DNA of 64,000 nucleotides from an uncultured Oscillatoriales cyanobacterium (GTDB lineage Bacteria; Cyanobacteriota; Cyanobacteriia; Cyanobacteriales; Microcoleaceae): NCBI GenBank assembly GCA_903893625.1, contig CAITND010000151.1, positions 7,738 to 71,737 of the forward strand, read 5' to 3'. Shown piece by piece: positions 61,577 to 64,000 of this stretch (position 1 is its first letter; each line of letters starts with the position of its first letter). The notes under the pieces were generated by a model. It saw only the letters and a program-made list of their open reading frames with translations, ran no database searches and was not told where the DNA came from. The position numbers and the translations under genes were made by a program.

Positions 61577-61872
61577 TATAAACGTCTTTTCCACTGTTGG
61601 GGATCACGTTTGACATGAAAACAAGCCAAGATAAAAATAATATCATCTTGAATTAGATAAAACAAACCATAAGGAAATCTTGGCAATAATTTCCGGCGTA
61701 CATTATTATAAATAATAGGGTAAGCCAAAGGATTTTGTTGAATCGAAGTGAAATTTTTATCTACAACTCTAATAAACTCAGATCCCAGTTGACTAATTTG
61801 TGATTCATACCACTGATAAGCCTCATCTAAATCTAATGCAGCCTCCTCTGAAATTTTAATTTTATATGTCAT
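61576..61872 (-). CDS. Type II toxin, RelE/ParE family
   Basis: 98 aa with a ParE-like pattern (FIRVVDKNF...PYGLFYLIQDDIIFILACFHVKRDP); overlaps the antitoxin stop. Confidence 0.7.
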   Translation of the reverse strand: MTYKIKISEEAALDLDEAYQWYESQISQLGSEFIRVVDKNFTSIQQNPLAYPIIYNNVRRKLLPRFPYGLFYLIQDDIIFILACFHVKRDPQQWKRRL

Positions 61873-62086
61873 TTTTAATAATTCTTTGCTTAACTACTTC
61901 CCAAGATTCACCTTGATTTTCAATATTTTGATAGGATGCTAAACGCCGATCTAATTCTTGTTTCTGAGATTGAGTTAAAGGAATTTGATCCGCATTAATA
62001 ACAATACTATCCCAAATATCTTCTATTAATTTAAGCTTTTCGGGAATAGTTAGGGGTAAAATTTGTTCAGACAAGATACTATTCAT
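61862..62086 (-). CDS. Putative addiction-module antitoxin component
   Basis: 74 aa (LTIPEKLKLIEDIWDSI...LTQSQKQELDRRL), upstream of and overlapping the ParE-like toxin. Confidence 0.6.
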   Translation of the reverse strand: MNSILSEQILPLTIPEKLKLIEDIWDSIVINADQIPLTQSQKQELDRRLASYQNIENQGESWEVVKQRIIKNDI

Positions 62087-62269
62087 AAATTAAACGATGT
62101 AACTTGATAATCTTACCTTAGCTTAACTGAATTGAAGGATCAAATCCTCCCAGTTGCTTCTGGATTAATTTGGGAGTGACCGGGTTTAAAATTACCCCTG
62201 CTTTATGATAAATTAAAAGTTTAGACAGAACATTGATATTTTGAGGACATTCCGGTCTTGAGACCGATT

Positions 62270-62700
62270 AACCCCTACAATTGTCAGCACCCCGCACTGA
62301 AGTGACGGGGCTATGCGCGGAGCGCAGGCTACGCGCCTGGTGCCTCTAACTTCAGTTAGTTGACCAGCCTAAGTCTTAACTGACTACGTTTTTTTGAGTC
62401 ACGACACCCTGTGGATGCGAAGCTAGTCCCTGGCTCTGTCGTTAGTAGTTAAACAGTTTTACGAGGGGTAAGACAGTGCTACTGGCCTAACAAGCTCTTA
62501 AAACATTGGCGAAGCTAACTTTACCCCAGAAATGGGAGGCTCTTCGGAGCAAGAACATTGTGCGTACAGGGTTGTAAAACTTGAAACAGTAATTGTCCTG
62601 TTGAAAGTGCATTGCAAAAGCACAACGAGTTTAGCAACCCCAAGGCGGCAATGGTAATGGTATCTAAATCCAATATAAAGCCGTCCTAGAAGGACGGGGT
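62270..62700 (+). ncRNA. Candidate structured non-coding RNA of unknown class
   Basis: About 430 bp with no long ORF on either strand. Multiple hairpins are visible, including a UUCG tetraloop (gctcttcggagc), ctggtgcctctaacttcagttagttgaccag and ccccgcactgaagtgacgggg. A terminal hairpin ccgtcctagaaggacgg is followed by a T-rich stretch just before raf1. Confidence 0.25.
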
Positions 62701-62717
62701 TTCTACCCATTTTTCTG

Positions 62718-63812
62718 ATGAGTCAAATACCACAAGATCCTTCACCTCCCCTCTCCTCGGAGCCAGACCCTTCGGCAAATACTGCTCACTTAATTCAATT
62801 ATTACGTCGTAAACAAGGAAATTGGGTCGAGTGGGGTGATGCCTGTGCAAAGTTACAAAAATCAGGCTATAATCCCCAACAAATTTTTGAAGAAACGGGG
62901 TTTGAACCGATTCAACAAAATCAAGTAATTGTAGCTTCACAGGTGTTTACCTCCTTAGTTAAGGGCAATTTAGCAGAGGAAATTCAATCCCATTTTCAAC
63001 ATCGGGGGAGTGATATTTTATATGAATTTCGGATTCTGAACCAACAGGAAAGAATTATTGCTACAGAATTTGCTGATCAGCGCAAATTGGATGCAGATGA
63101 AGCCAGAGAATTAGCGAAAGCTATCAAAGAATTCTCTCGGTTTTCGATTCTTCCCGAAGGCTTTTCTAATCATCCTGGAGATATTTTAGCCTATCAAGCT
63201 TTGAAATCGGCACGACAACATAATGATTTGCAAGAGCGATCGCGTTTAATTGCCAAAGGGTTAAAATATGCTCACACCGCAACCGCCAGAGAAAAAATTG
63301 AACAACTGTTAACGGATTTTTCGGTGACGGCGAAACCTTCTGCACCTAGTTTACCCATTTATCGTTTAGAAACTGAAGAATATCTGCCGCGATTAATCCC
63401 GGTAGCGGGTGAATTTCCTTTAACTTTATCGGACTTTACGGCAGTTCCTTTGATTGAAGAATTAGGGAAATTTCGCATTGTTAAATCGTCAGGAAATGCG
63501 GCTTGGGTTGGGGTTCCGGGGTGGCAAGTGGTGATGAATGCTGAAGATCCGGTTGCTATTTTAGGAAATACTGCTAATTTACCGAATCCCTTACCCGGTC
63601 AACCGGAATCTGTTTTAATCATTGTAGATCGCTCTCAACGAGAATGGAATGGTGATGCCTATTTCTTAGTAGAAGAATCCGAACATTTAGACTTACAATG
63701 GTTTGATGAAAATCCAGCGATTAATTTACTCGGAAAATTGCTGTTAGTGGTGCGTCCTAAGAAAGTATGGGATGAGGATCAAAATCATGATGTTTGGCAA
63801 ATTGATGAATAA
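62718..63812 (+). CDS. raf1: RuBisCO accumulation factor 1
   Basis: HLIQLLRRKQGNWVEWGDACAKLQKSGYNPQQIFEETGFEPIQQNQVIVASQVF is the Raf1 N-terminal alpha-domain signature; 364 aa. Confidence 0.75.
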   Translation: MSQIPQDPSPPLSSEPDPSANTAHLIQLLRRKQGNWVEWGDACAKLQKSGYNPQQIFEETGFEPIQQNQVIVASQVFTSLVKGNLAEEIQSHFQHRGSDILYEFRILNQQERIIATEFADQRKLDADEARELAKAIKEFSRFSILPEGFSNHPGDILAYQALKSARQHNDLQERSRLIAKGLKYAHTATAREKIEQLLTDFSVTAKPSAPSLPIYRLETEEYLPRLIPVAGEFPLTLSDFTAVPLIEELGKFRIVKSSGNAAWVGVPGWQVVMNAEDPVAILGNTANLPNPLPGQPESVLIIVDRSQREWNGDAYFLVEESEHLDLQWFDENPAINLLGKLLLVVRPKKVWDEDQNHDVWQIDE

Positions 63813-63815
63813 CGA

Positions 63816-63856
63816 ATTGTTGACTGTTGACTGTTGACTGTTGACGGTTGACTGTA
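63816..63856. repeat. (TGTTGAC)n heptamer tandem repeat (STRR-like, contains ACTGTTG), about 5.5 copies
   Basis: ttgactgttgactgttgactgttgacggttgactg lies immediately downstream of raf1. Confidence 0.9.
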
Positions 63857-64000
63857 GGGGCGGGGTAACCCCACCCTTACCTGTCTCTGTTTGACTGGAC
63901 TAGATACGAGAATCCCACCCCTTTAGCGTAGCGTAGGGGTGGGAGTGTCAAGATTGTTTATTATTTCATTTGATTCTGACGATACCAACGATAACCATAA

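Noticed and set aside
62270-62700. tmRNA (ssrA) or RNase P RNA (rnpB) identity for the structured region
   Set aside because: I found no tag-peptide reading frame (ANNIV...AA-stop), no tRNA-like T-arm (GGTTCGAATCC-type) or CCA-adjacent acceptor pairing, and no RNase P P4 sequence (GGAAAGTCCGG, ACAGAAACCCGGCTTA) on either strand. It is left as an unclassified candidate RNA.

Overview
This window is a 64 kb chromosomal segment from a filamentous cyanobacterium. The octamer GCGATCGC (HIP1) is everywhere, STRR-like heptamer tandem repeats are present, and the housekeeping genes are cyanobacterial: the cphB-cphA cyanophycin operon, the chlL-chlN DPOR genes, ctpA, rnc, trmD, raf1 and an opp-type ABC operon.

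Five regions stand out as accessory or unusual:
- Positions 1-12.7 kb form a co-directional, minus-strand cluster of about 14 genes made almost entirely of tailoring enzymes. It contains a partial P450, an O-methyltransferase, a transporter, a racemase-like gene, two TauD-like Fe/2OG dioxygenases, an aldo/keto reductase, two fatty-acid-hydroxylase/sterol-desaturase-like membrane enzymes, an Old Yellow Enzyme, an NTF2-like protein, a sulfotransferase and an L-Arg:Gly-type amidinotransferase. No PKS or NRPS core is visible. I read it as a candidate biosynthetic locus for a sulfated, guanidino-containing small molecule that has not been described.
- An 872-aa protein shows very strong, full-length similarity to the eukaryotic major vault protein.
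- An AT-rich, translationally coupled three-gene operon at 46.9-50.1 kb encodes a DUF262 (ParB/GmrS-like) protein, an ABC-type AAA ATPase of the DUF3696 kind and an unknown protein. It sits between a HEAT-repeat gene and chlN and is a candidate anti-phage defence system.
- A 918-aa protein fuses a NERD domain, an SF1-helicase-like domain and pentapeptide repeats.
- A small AT-rich islet at 59.7-62.1 kb carries XisH/XisI homologues, a protein resembling eukaryotic TCTP, one intact and one degenerate toxin-antitoxin pair, and 37-bp repeat arrays.

Other noteworthy items are a 28-bp perfect palindrome present three times, with compensatory variation in one copy; (GATTACT)n spacers inside the biosynthetic cluster; and a structured non-coding stretch of about 450 bp upstream of raf1. 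ORF starts are approximate, and all functional calls come from reading motifs by eye without database searches.
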